From Candidatus Latescibacterota bacterium (GTDB lineage Bacteria; Latescibacterota; UBA2968; SICM01), in contig CBDCJO010000002.1 in the NCBI GenBank assembly GCA_965217865.1, forward strand, positions 2,080,001 through 2,144,000: a DNA stretch of 64,000 nt, written 5' to 3'. The notes below the pieces were generated by a model that was not told the DNA's origin, did not search any database, and saw nothing but the letters and a program-made list of their open reading frames with translations. Each line of letters starts with the position of its first letter. Within the stretch, counting starts at the first letter, position 1. This document shows, one piece after another, positions 1 through 9,253 of this stretch. The translations under genes and the position numbers were made by a program.

Positions 1-678
1 ATGACGGCGGCCGAAGCTAAGGGTGCGAAGCTCGTTATTGCAACGGTCGAAGGGGTGGTCCTGTCGAGCGACGGCCGACAAGTCGCAGGTGTTCTCGCAA
101 ACGGCGAGACGCTGGAGGCGGATGCCGTGGTGATCGCCATGGGGCCCTGGTCGATTCTCGCCTGCAAGTGGCTGCCGCTGCCCGCGGTATACGGCCTCAA
201 GGGCCACAGCCTGGTGTTCCGCTTTTCCCCACCGGACCCGCGCGAGCTCTTCGTCGAGATCGAGACCCAAGCTGGCGACATCGAGACGCCGGAGGTGATA
301 CCGCGGACCGACGGCACGACCTATGTCTGCGGTCTGTCGGGTGAGGCGCCGCTGCCGGTTGATCCTGCCCAGGTGACGGAGGATCCCGGGGCGCCCGATC
401 GCCTGCGCGCCATGACCGCGGCGTTTGCTCCCGAACTGGGTGCGTCAGAGGTGCTGGCGGTGCAGGCCTGCTATCGCCCGGTGACAGCGGACGGCTTGCC
501 GTTGATAGGGTGGGTGCCGGGCGTGGAGGGGGCATTCGTCGCTACCGGACACAGTGTCTGGGGGATGTTGAACGGACCGGCCACGGGAGAGGCGATGGCA
601 GAGCTAATTGTGGACGGCGAGGCAACAACAGTAAATATTACGCAGTTCGATCCGGGGCGACTGGCGCCGGAATCCTAG
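1..678 (+). CDS. FAD-dependent oxidoreductase, D-amino acid/glycine oxidase family (C-terminal part, probably cut by the window edge)
   Basis: Contains ADAVVIAMGPWS, CYRPVTADGLPLIG and ATGHSVWGMLNGPATG motifs. The N-terminal GxGxxG is missing, so the gene likely starts upstream of the window. Confidence 0.8.
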   Translation: MTAAEAKGAKLVIATVEGVVLSSDGRQVAGVLANGETLEADAVVIAMGPWSILACKWLPLPAVYGLKGHSLVFRFSPPDPRELFVEIETQAGDIETPEVIPRTDGTTYVCGLSGEAPLPVDPAQVTEDPGAPDRLRAMTAAFAPELGASEVLAVQACYRPVTADGLPLIGWVPGVEGAFVATGHSVWGMLNGPATGEAMAELIVDGEATTVNITQFDPGRLAPES

Positions 679-691
679 GGAGGGATGGGGC

Positions 692-1390
692 CTAGTCACG
701 CGCGCACCAGCGTATGCCGCGCTCGATGAGAGTGCGAAAACTGGGATTCGACCACGCCAGTTAGTCGTGGCCCAACTGCAGACAGAAGACGCGGGAATTG
801 CCGTACTGCCGAGTCCAGGCCAGGGTGTGCATGCTTTTCGGGTGCTTCGTCGTCAGCAGCACTTCACAGTCATCGCCGGCGTCGACCATCTGATAGCTTT
901 CGTCAATGCATTCAAATGGTTCGAGTCCCTGTGTGATGGGGTGATCCGTATCCGTAACTTCGACGATCAAACGCTGGCCAAACGACCAATCGTGGAGTGT
1001 GCGGTCGGCGATTCCGACGATGTCCCTCCAGACATTCCACTCCGGATAATTGAGTAAAGCGTGGTGCCAGACGAAAATCCCCTGCCCCATTTGACCCAGG
1101 TCGTCGAGAGCCGCTTTGGGAGCGCCGCGGTACCACGGAATACCTTCGTCTTTCGGTTCCCCTTCGAGCATGCAGTAGAAGACGACGACTTCGTATTCTC
1201 TTCTCGTCGTGACGGGGTCGAAGTCATTGCCTTCCGAACGCCCGATCGACTGTGGAATAGCGGCGAAGTTGTCCATGTGCTGGACGTAGGCATCGATGCC
1301 GGGCAGACTTCGAAAGAGTTCGTCCAATCCCTGAACGTCGAAGGGATGCCCGCCAGTAACCACGGCAACTTTTAACGGTCGTTCACGCAT
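692..1390 (-). pseudogene. ThuA-like (trehalose utilisation/GATase1-like) domain protein interrupted by an in-frame TAA at 761-763
   Basis: Has VTGGHPF, HPITQGL, DESY and LAWTRQYGNSRVFCLQLGHD motifs. After the TAA the same frame continues LAWSNPSFRTLIERGIRWCARD to TAG at 692, the expected C-terminal helix of this family. Confidence 0.7.
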
Positions 1391-1468
1391 AGATCCGACT
1401 CCGCTGTCCACGGTTGACTATTCCCGCTGCAGTGGCTTACTATTATCCTTCACCCTCTTCTCAAACGT

Positions 1469-2377
1469 GTGCAGATGTCGGAGATCAACTACAGGATTGC
1501 CACACCCGAAGACTTCGCCGAGACTTGGGACGTCGCCAGCGAGGCGATCGGCGACTTCAGGCTCGGAAAACACAACATCGATTCCGCTCCACCGACAGCG
1601 CTGCAACCGCGAGACCACAATTGCCGCGCTTATGTGCACAGGTTCCATCGGGAGTCCTTCTGGGTGGCCGAGAGTGGGTCTCGTATCGTCGGTTTTACTT
1701 TTTCGTGGCGCAGTCCAGACCGATGGTACCTGGGAGCGCTGCACGTGCGTCCCGACTATCAGGGTCGGGGTATTGGCACCCGGCTCATGGAGCGGGCACT
1801 GAAATCGGCCCAGCCTGCAGATGTGCGCTGCGTCATAGCGGACGCGATCCAGGCGCCGGCCAAGATGCTCTACATCCGTGCGGGAATGCTGCCATGGCTG
1901 CCCCTGATCGAATGGGCAGGCGCGGTTCCCGACCTGGACGAGGATTCGCAGGGGGCCTCGTTCCGAACTGTGACGTCACCTGACCCCCTCGCATCCATCG
2001 ATGAAGCTGTCCTCGGATTTCAGCGGCCGGCCGAGCACAAGGTTTGGATGCAGAACCCGGAGATGATGTGCGGACTCCTTTCGATCGACAATGTGCCCAC
2101 GGGTTACGTGCACCTCTCGAAGGAGGGGGATATCGGTCCGCTGGCGACGGTGTCAGAACCGATGGCGAAACCGCTGCTGCACTGGGCGCTCGCGAGGTTG
2201 AAGGAGCACGGGGTCGAGCACGTTCACCTGAAAGTCCCGGGTCTGGCACCGAGCATTCAGGAAGCGATCGTTGACGCACGGCTCAGAATGCGCGAACCCG
2301 CACAGGTGATTCTGTCATCGAAACCCCTGTGGACTCCCGGGCAGTACCTCGTCTCGGCCGCCGACGCTATCATGTAG
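1469..2377 (+). CDS. GNAT family N-acetyltransferase (two-domain)
   Basis: Acetyl-CoA binding motif A, LHVRPDYQGRGIGTRLM. A second GNAT-like domain carries a GDIGPLA motif. Confidence 0.8.
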   Translation: MQMSEINYRIATPEDFAETWDVASEAIGDFRLGKHNIDSAPPTALQPRDHNCRAYVHRFHRESFWVAESGSRIVGFTFSWRSPDRWYLGALHVRPDYQGRGIGTRLMERALKSAQPADVRCVIADAIQAPAKMLYIRAGMLPWLPLIEWAGAVPDLDEDSQGASFRTVTSPDPLASIDEAVLGFQRPAEHKVWMQNPEMMCGLLSIDNVPTGYVHLSKEGDIGPLATVSEPMAKPLLHWALARLKEHGVEHVHLKVPGLAPSIQEAIVDARLRMREPAQVILSSKPLWTPGQYLVSAADAIM

Positions 2378-2390
2378 CCCCCTGGGTGTA

Positions 2391-3224
2391 TTACAACAAC
2401 GTGCGCAAGTAGCCGATCCCTCGCGATACTGCCTCCCATGGGTCGTCCAGGCCTTCATATTCCACTGATATTGTGCCGGTGTAGTTCAGTTCTCGCAACC
2501 GCCGAGTCACTCCTGGTAGATCGACGATCCCTTCACCCAGCGCTTTGCCGCTGAACAGACGTCCATCGATTCCGGGCCAGGCACCCGGCCGCTCTTGGGC
2601 GACGATCTCCCAGTCCTTGAAGTGAACGTGAACCACATGGGAGTACACCTTGTTCAGCGCCTCAACTGAATCTTCGGCAGCCATGAGGAAATTGCCCACG
2701 TCGTAGGTCAGCCTGAGCTCGGGGAAGTCCTCGCACAGGGAAATGAGAGCGCCGCTCTTTCCGTAGATATCAGCGCGAAAACCGAGATTAGCGAGTATAA
2801 AGGTGATGCCCAGCTCTCGCGCGACAGGAAGGCACTCATCGATCGCCACCTTCATCCACTCCTGACATTCATCGACCCTGAATCCGCTGTCGAGTGCGGG
2901 TAGCCCGGGCAGTATCAGCACGTGGTGAGCCGCAAGCCGCTTCGCTGAAACCTCGAGTCGCTCCTGAAACCGTTCCGTACGCACTTTGCGCACTTCGGGG
3001 TCTCGCGAGACGACGTCCAACTCGCCGTCCAGCACGGCCACGGTCATGTCGGCCTCGCCCAGGGCGTCGGCGAGGGCCGGAATTTCGTCATCCTCCAGGA
3101 AGGGGTCGTAGATCTCCATTTTGTTCAGGCCGAGGTCGTGAAAGAATCGGACGACGGCCACGTTGTCGACTGTGACGCGCTCAAGCATACCTCCGAAACT
3201 GTAGCTGTATCCACAAATCTCCAT
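2391..3224 (-). CDS. Sugar phosphate isomerase/epimerase (xylose isomerase-like TIM barrel)
   Basis: YDVGNF, HVHFKD, LGEGIVD and ISVEYE motifs. Confidence 0.8.
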   Translation of the reverse strand: MEICGYSYSFGGMLERVTVDNVAVVRFFHDLGLNKMEIYDPFLEDDEIPALADALGEADMTVAVLDGELDVVSRDPEVRKVRTERFQERLEVSAKRLAAHHVLILPGLPALDSGFRVDECQEWMKVAIDECLPVARELGITFILANLGFRADIYGKSGALISLCEDFPELRLTYDVGNFLMAAEDSVEALNKVYSHVVHVHFKDWEIVAQERPGAWPGIDGRLFSGKALGEGIVDLPGVTRRLRELNYTGTISVEYEGLDDPWEAVSRGIGYLRTLL

Positions 3225-3299
3225 GGCAGAGCCTCACTTTCGAGAGTGTCTTGTGTTCGTCGCGCGTTTAGGCAGGTATTGGGTATTATCGAGCGCCCC

Positions 3300-3407
3300 T
3301 CACCCCTGGGCGAACTCGAGGATCACGCCGCACGTCTGATCCTGCGGCACTCTTACGACTCCAGGTCCGCTCGGACCGATCTCGACCTCGTTCTCGCTGA
3401 GCAAAGC
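3300..3407 (-). pseudogene. Orphan C-terminal fragment of a probable VOC/glyoxalase-like protein
   Basis: A second reading frame gives ALLSENEVEIGPSGPGVVRVPQDQTCGVILEFAQG-stop, and the GVILEF ending is typical of VOC folds. There is no N-terminus. The family assignment is inference. Confidence 0.4.
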
Positions 3408-3783
3408 CCGCGGTGCCGCCACTAACCGGAGCGTCGAGCAGATGGACGTCTTTCGAACGAGCAGCGTCAGCGATGCGTTGGATTGTCTCCGGATCGGTGG
3501 TGCTCAGGTCGACGATGGTCGACTGGGGAGCAGCAGCGGGGAGGATGCCGGCTTCACCGGCGCAAACAGACTCTACATCACGTGGCAGGGGGAGCGAGGT
3601 GAATATCAGTTCGCTGGCTTTCGCGACCTCGCCAGGAGTTTCAGCCCAGGACGCTCCCCCGGACAGCAGTTCTTCGGCCGAATCCTTCCGCAGGTCGGAG
3701 ACCGTCAGTTGGTGGCCGCCAGCCAGCAGATTGCGCGCTATCCAGCGCCCCATGAGTCCGATGCCGATAAACCCTATTTTCAT
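3405..3783 (-). pseudogene. Truncated NAD(P)-dependent oxidoreductase, 3-hydroxyisobutyrate/tartronate semialdehyde reductase family (N-terminal domain only)
   Basis: MKIGFIGIGLMG, VDLSTT and LDAPVSGGTAG motifs are present, then similarity ends abruptly. The intact paralogue at 33981 continues GTLSIMVGG at this point. Confidence 0.75.
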
Positions 3784-3859
3784 TGTGAGCCCTCATGTAT
3801 TTTACCTGTGGTCGTCCCCTCAGACGATACCCTCGGTAGCAGTCGGGTTGGCTCCGCCG

Positions 3860-5281
3860 CTAGTCGAGTTCCCCCTCTGCGCGAAGCAGTCGCACGGTCT
3901 GTCGGAAGGCGTCCACGGTCACTGCCAGGTCGTCGTCGTCGTGGACAGCCGACACGGTTGAACCCGGCCATCCCTGGATGTCCACGCCGTGCAACAAGAC
4001 GCCGATCCGCACCTTCAGGCGCAGGGAGGGAGCGACCGGTGCCTTGATCGCGTCGAAGTCGTGCTCGCCCGCCTCGATACGTTGGCGGTTGGTGGACACG
4101 TGCTCGGGATTGAGGAAGACGTGGAATCCCCCGAAGGTGCCGTAGGCGACCCAGCTCGCGCTCTCGGCGGAAAACATTTCGTTCAATCCATCGATGAGGC
4201 GATTGCCGTAGTCGATCGCTCGCTGGCAGACATCCGTGGTCTGGACGAGATGTAGAGCGGCGATGCCCGCCGCGCAGGTGGTGGGCCCGGCGTTGAAGGT
4301 GCCCATGTGGAACACCTTCTCCTCGTCGTCCTCGGCCGCCTGCCGGAAGTCGAGGAGGTCGAGAATCTCTTTGCGTCCGGCTAGGGCGGCCCCGGGCAAC
4401 CCTCCCGAAACGATCTTGCCCAGTGTAGCCAGATCTGGCGTTATGCCCAGGGCCTCCTGGGCGCCGCCTGGCGCACAGCGGAAACCGCTGATCACCTCGT
4501 CGAAGATCAGCACAGTGCCGCTCTCGCTGGCCAGTTGCCGCAGTCCTGCGACAAAGGCGGGTGTGGTGGGCACCTGTCCCCAGACCGAGCCGGTCGGTTC
4601 GAGGATGATGGCGGCCACGTCTTCTTCTCGCAGGATTCGCGCCGTCTTCTCCAGATCGTTCGGCGGTGCGAGCAGCACGCTTTCGGAGGTCCCTGCAGGT
4701 ACGCCACGGGCGGAAGAGCCGTCGAAGTGTGACATAAAACCGCCCGCAGCGTAGTCGTGCCAGCCGTGGAAATGTCCCTTTAAGCGCAGGATCTTATCGC
4801 GGCCGGTGTAGGCGCGCGCCAGCCGGAAGGCGAGCATAGTGGCCTCCGTGCCCGAATTGGTAAGCCGCACGCGCTCGGCACAGGGGACCATCTGCTGGAT
4901 AAGTTCCCCCCACTCGAGTTCGAGCTCGTGGTTTGCGCCGTAGTGGGTGCCCTTGACGAGTTGTTCCCGCACAGCCTGGGTAACAGCCGGATGGTTGTGG
5001 CCCAACAGGAGCGCGCCGTGGCCCCCCGGATAGTCCACGTACTCGTTACCGTCCACATCCCACTTCCTGGACCCGTCAGCCCGGGTCACATAGATGCCGT
5101 GGGGTTCGATATAGCGGGCATCGTGGGTGATGCCGCTGGGAAAGACTTTTCGGGCCCGCTCGGCCAGCGACGCGGAGGTGGCCGTCTTGCGGCAATAGGC
5201 CTCGACCAGAGGCGAGTCGTTCCGGTCCAACGGTCCATGTGGATAGACGGCGGGCAGGGCGGCAGTTTGTGTATCGGACAT
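3860..5281 (-). CDS. Class III PLP-dependent aminotransferase (glutamate-1-semialdehyde aminomutase-like)
   Basis: WDVDGNEYVD, NSGTEAT, GHFHGWHD, LIFDEVISGFR and DLATLGK (PLP lysine) motifs. It looks like a divergent paralogue rather than housekeeping HemL. Confidence 0.85.
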   Translation of the reverse strand: MSDTQTAALPAVYPHGPLDRNDSPLVEAYCRKTATSASLAERARKVFPSGITHDARYIEPHGIYVTRADGSRKWDVDGNEYVDYPGGHGALLLGHNHPAVTQAVREQLVKGTHYGANHELELEWGELIQQMVPCAERVRLTNSGTEATMLAFRLARAYTGRDKILRLKGHFHGWHDYAAGGFMSHFDGSSARGVPAGTSESVLLAPPNDLEKTARILREEDVAAIILEPTGSVWGQVPTTPAFVAGLRQLASESGTVLIFDEVISGFRCAPGGAQEALGITPDLATLGKIVSGGLPGAALAGRKEILDLLDFRQAAEDDEEKVFHMGTFNAGPTTCAAGIAALHLVQTTDVCQRAIDYGNRLIDGLNEMFSAESASWVAYGTFGGFHVFLNPEHVSTNRQRIEAGEHDFDAIKAPVAPSLRLKVRIGVLLHGVDIQGWPGSTVSAVHDDDDLAVTVDAFRQTVRLLRAEGELD

Positions 5282-5306
5282 GGGATCATCCTCCAAAATA
5301 GCAGAG

Positions 5307-6173
5307 CTACTCAGCTCCGCTGGCGCTCAGGTTCAAGCGCGCCAGAGCCAGATTCAGGTGCTCGGCCATCACCTCGGACGGCGTCAGGGGGGAGGTAACG
5401 TCGTCGTAGGGCGTGACCTGGTTGGTGTCTGGGTTCCAGTCAACCGGCCCGTACTCAGCGGGCTGGCCGGTTTCGGTCATGAGGTGATACAGCGGATCGC
5501 CTTTGTTATAATGCCAGAACTCGCCGGGATAGGGCAAAAAACCGTGGCACTCCATGGTTTGGGTGATCTCCCTGCGGTTGTGCTGTTCTTCTGCGCTGAC
5601 AAAGGGAGAATCCATTGGGGTATATTCGCTCATCTCCAGATAGGGCTTGCCGCGCCAGACTTCGCCCCCGTCATCGCGTCGGAATACCGAAATATCCACT
5701 GCTGCGCCCATCATGTGGGTGCCGATGTTGGGGTAGTTGGCCACCAGACAGGTCGACCGGCGTTTGATCAGATCCAGGGAGGGAGGTTGTCCGCCGTTCT
5801 CCCACCAGCAACTGCGCACGATCATGTCGAAGACAGCCGGTTTTCGCCCCAACTGGGTCTGCATCTCGCGGGTGCGGAAACCCTCCTCGATTTTCAAGAT
5901 CCAGCCGCGTTCGTTCATGTCCCGGCCAATAGCCAGCAGGTCGGGAATCAGGCTGGCGCGAATGGCGAAGATGCGATCCAGATCCCCGGCGATTTTGCTC
6001 TCCGAAAAGAGCATTTCCACCCCCGCTTCGTCCACGGCGTCGGGAATCGACCCAAGGCCCTCGCCGCACTCCTTCACGGGGTAGGCGGCCATGGTTTGCA
6101 GCAAATCATGGCTGCGCTCCATGTACTCGGTCCAGAATTGACGTCTCGCCTCTTCGTCGGAATTCGTTTCCAT
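5307..6173 (-). CDS. D-Ala-D-Ala dipeptidase-like M15 metallopeptidase (VanX/DdpX family)
   Basis: EEGFRT, THMMGAAVD (HxxGxAxD) and EFWH motifs. Confidence 0.75.
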   Translation of the reverse strand: METNSDEEARRQFWTEYMERSHDLLQTMAAYPVKECGEGLGSIPDAVDEAGVEMLFSESKIAGDLDRIFAIRASLIPDLLAIGRDMNERGWILKIEEGFRTREMQTQLGRKPAVFDMIVRSCWWENGGQPPSLDLIKRRSTCLVANYPNIGTHMMGAAVDISVFRRDDGGEVWRGKPYLEMSEYTPMDSPFVSAEEQHNRREITQTMECHGFLPYPGEFWHYNKGDPLYHLMTETGQPAEYGPVDWNPDTNQVTPYDDVTSPLTPSEVMAEHLNLALARLNLSASGAE

Positions 6174-6205
6174 ACTTGAGCTCGATTGAATCCCTTTACC
6201 TGCTC

Positions 6206-8106
6206 TCAGTCCCGTCCGTTTCCGAACGGTCGGCGGGGATTATAGGTTTCCAGAATCTCCAGGAGTTTGACGGACAACTCGCTTCCCATCTGCTCGGAAG
6301 CCTTGAAAAGCATGTCCCACTTCTCCTTCAGCTTCATCCGCGCGTCGAACAGCTTCCGATCGGAAGACGCTAGGCGTTTGAATTTTTCACCGTCCTTCAC
6401 TCGCAGCTGGTCAGGACGTACATCGTCGTAGTTGTTCCAGTTCACGAATTTGACCCGGTCCCCGTCTTCTGCCGAAAGCACGCCATCCTTCATCACCGCC
6501 CCCGTTCTCGTGTCCATGATCTGGTACGGGAGCATGCACTTCGTCCTGACCTTTTTTTCATACACGTAATACCGGTATCCCTTCTTGTACTCCTCCCGCT
6601 TCCTTTTCTTCCCCTTTTCATCCGTGTATTCCACCTTCTTGACCGTATTGGCTTCCCTCCTTTTCTTACGCTGGTCGAAGTCCAGGTAAGCTTCGGACAG
6701 GCCGGCGATCAGGATGATCGGGATATCCGATTTGCGCGCCGCCTGAATCACCTCCTCCTCCGTGGCAGCCTCGGGGTTGAACCCCTGCTCTTTCACGATC
6801 CCGTTCACCTCGTGGTCGGAACCAGTTGTATATGGGCGGGCCGGTCATTCAGACCGCGTACGATCTCGATGTAAACCGACTCTTCAAGGCGATGGCGCTC
6901 GTCCGCCTTTTTCAAAAGATCGTCGTCCGGCTCCTCTATCCACTTCTTCAATCGATGCCACTTGCTCGGTTTCGGCTTGTCGGCGTCAGCCAAGGCGTCC
7001 CTTTCAACAATCGTCGGATGGAAAACAAACAGGCCGACCTTGTATCGCGCCCTAGTGATGGCCAGTTTTCGCAGCGCCGTCGCATCCTCATAATCCGGCA
7101 CGCGTTTCAACGCCGCATCGAACGCCCGGTAGGCCGGGACATAATCCTCCTGCTCCAGGTAGGCCTTGCCTTCGGAATATTCCTGTTTGGCGGCTGCCAG
7201 GTCGGCCAATTCCTGAGCCCGCTCCGCCCGCTCCTGCGCGTCCTTGTAGTCCGCCACGTAGGAGAGCGACTCCAGGTACGTATCCGCAGCCGACTCGAAA
7301 TCCCCGAGGTCGAACGCATTTGCAGCCGCCTGGTAGTGCACCTCCGCCTCCTTCTCAACCTCACCCGGGATAAGGAACCTCGCGATAGCCGGCACGGCCC
7401 TCATCTCCACCCCACCCGCAAGCGCGGCCCCGTGGCCTCCCGGTCCCGAATCTGGGGCAGACGAGCCGTCAATATCGTTCAGCGGCCAGTAGGCCACAAG
7501 GCCCGGCTCGTTCCCCTTCAACAGTCTGTCCTTCCGCTGGTTGATCTCACGCTTCGACAGCATCCTGCTCCACACCCGGAACTCCGCCATATATCCCTGG
7601 AACAGCCTGTCATTGGGAAAGTTCGATTTGCCGATATAGTTCTGTCCCCCCCCGACCACATCCAGCCCTCCCTCGTACTTGTCCCGCTTGATGAATTTCC
7701 CGGCTATAAATAGCTTCATCCCGCCGGGACCGAAGACAGCCGCGATGTGATGCCAGACGTTTAAGCGAATACCGTCCTTCTCTTTGATCCGGTGCCGCTT
7801 CCCCCTCCGGTCCAGGATGGTAAACATGATCGTGTCGGATTTTTTGTCGTTCTGCACGAGCGCAGCGTTCTTCTTTCGTCCGAAATCGAACACCCGTGAA
7901 TGTTTGTTGAACCGCTCCCACTTCACCCATGCCTCTACCGTCCCCTGTGTCAGGTGGTCGAAAATGTTGGGCGGCAACTGCACATACCCGCTCTTCCCGT
8001 CAAAAAAAAGGACATTCATCGAAAGCCCTTCCGCGGGCAAGGCACCAGCCGAAACGGGCAGCCATAAGGCCGACGAAACAGTCAGGAGGATTAGAACCCT
8101 TTTCAT
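6206..8106 (-). CDS. Secreted LamG-like jellyroll plus TPR protein, apparently split by a one-base frameshift near 6820 (ORFs 6805-8106 and 6206-6808)
   Basis: Signal peptide MKRVLILLTVSSALWLPVSAGA, LamG motifs TVEAWVK, WHHIAAV and EFRVWSR, and TPR-like helices with DYKDA/DYEDA. Adding one base joins ...IQLV to (S/P)DHEVNGIVKEQG. Confidence 0.65.
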
Positions 8107-8151
8107 CTATCTCTCCTCATTCCAACCGTGCATTTTTCCACTTTGCCCTTT

Positions 8152-9174
8152 TCACCTTGCAATTCCTCCCCCCGTCCACCCGGGCGTGATCCCCAGTTCT
8201 CTGCCTAAATCCTCAAGCCTCTTCAACTCCTCGAGGTCGTAAGGAATCCCATCCCGTTTGTAGGCCTCTTCATTCCTGAATTCCAACGTGCCGGGGAGCG
8301 TGGCCTCCTCGTACCCCCTGACGGGAATCATGGTCTCGCGCACTCCACGCACCATTTTGTCGATCCCGTTTCGGACCTCTTCTGCGGGGGCAAAAATCCC
8401 GATATCCATCACGACGATCAACCCGCCCACGTTTGCCCCTGGCCACCGGGCCTTGATCTCCTCTGCCTTTTGGTTATGGGTACCCACAAGGGCGTTGCCC
8501 AGAGCGGTGGCAATTCCCGTCATGCCCATCGACTTGAAGAAGGCCGCGGGGATCAACTCCTGAAGGGCATCGAATTCCTCTCCTCGTTGGTAGTCGGCCA
8601 GAATGCACGTGGCCATATCCAGAACGAAGGGGGGACCTTCCTGGCCGGACAATCCGAAGGAAAAAGGCGGATTCCCCCAGTAGGCGGCCTGATGGGTTTT
8701 GTTTCGCCGTCCTCCCGAAAAATCCCAACCCCCACCCTGAACCGAAAAAGCCGTGCAATCCTCTTCCATGGCCCGCCGGACGTAATATCCCGCCGACCCG
8801 TAATGGCCGATGTGCCGGGTCGCCCCTACCGCTACTCCTTTGTCTTTGGCTTTTGGGATCGCCTTCTCGGTCGCCATCATCATCGGAGCATACCCCAGTC
8901 CCCCATCTCCGTCGATCAGAATCGACGTATCCGTCTCCTTCAGGACCTTCAGGTCCGGATTGGGATTGATCCCGCCCTCCCGCAGGGACCGGCAGTAACC
9001 AACGGCTTGACGGGTCCCGTGGGATCGGACGCCCCGCAGATCGCCGCTCGTCAACAGACCGGCCAACTGGTCCGCGTGATCCGGGGGCATCCCCGCTGCT
9101 TTCAAACACGCCCCGGTAAATTCACGTAACTGGTCCGCCGAAATTCGTTTGAAACTCTCTGGAGGTTTGTTCAT
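8152..9174 (-). CDS. Type 2 malate/L-lactate dehydrogenase (Ldh_2) family oxidoreductase
   Basis: DLRGVRSHG, IDGDGGLG, HYGSAGYY, GNPPF and VLDMAT motifs. Confidence 0.85.
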   Translation of the reverse strand: MNKPPESFKRISADQLREFTGACLKAAGMPPDHADQLAGLLTSGDLRGVRSHGTRQAVGYCRSLREGGINPNPDLKVLKETDTSILIDGDGGLGYAPMMMATEKAIPKAKDKGVAVGATRHIGHYGSAGYYVRRAMEEDCTAFSVQGGGWDFSGGRRNKTHQAAYWGNPPFSFGLSGQEGPPFVLDMATCILADYQRGEEFDALQELIPAAFFKSMGMTGIATALGNALVGTHNQKAEEIKARWPGANVGGLIVVMDIGIFAPAEEVRNGIDKMVRGVRETMIPVRGYEEATLPGTLEFRNEEAYKRDGIPYDLEELKRLEDLGRELGITPGWTGGGIAR

Positions 9175-9203
9175 ATGGCGTTCCTTTACAGTGAGTGATC
9201 AAA

Positions 9204-9245
9204 TTCATGGTTTTCGATTCGCGATTCACGATCGACGAATCACGA
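9204..9245. repeat. Degenerate 7-nt tandem repeat (TTCACGA-like)
   Basis: ttcatgg ttttcga ttcgcga ttcacga tcgacga atcacga. Confidence 0.6.
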
Positions 9246-9253
9246 TTTTTCCT

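Noticed and set aside
761-763. Stop-codon reassignment in this genome
   Set aside because: There is a single case only. TAA, TAG and TGA all end conserved genes at the expected positions elsewhere in the window.
5307-6173. Vancomycin resistance locus
   Set aside because: Only a divergent M15 peptidase is present, with no vanH, vanA or vanRS.
9204-9245. Short repeats as a CRISPR array
   Set aside because: The units are 7 nt and adjacent, with no spacers and no cas genes.
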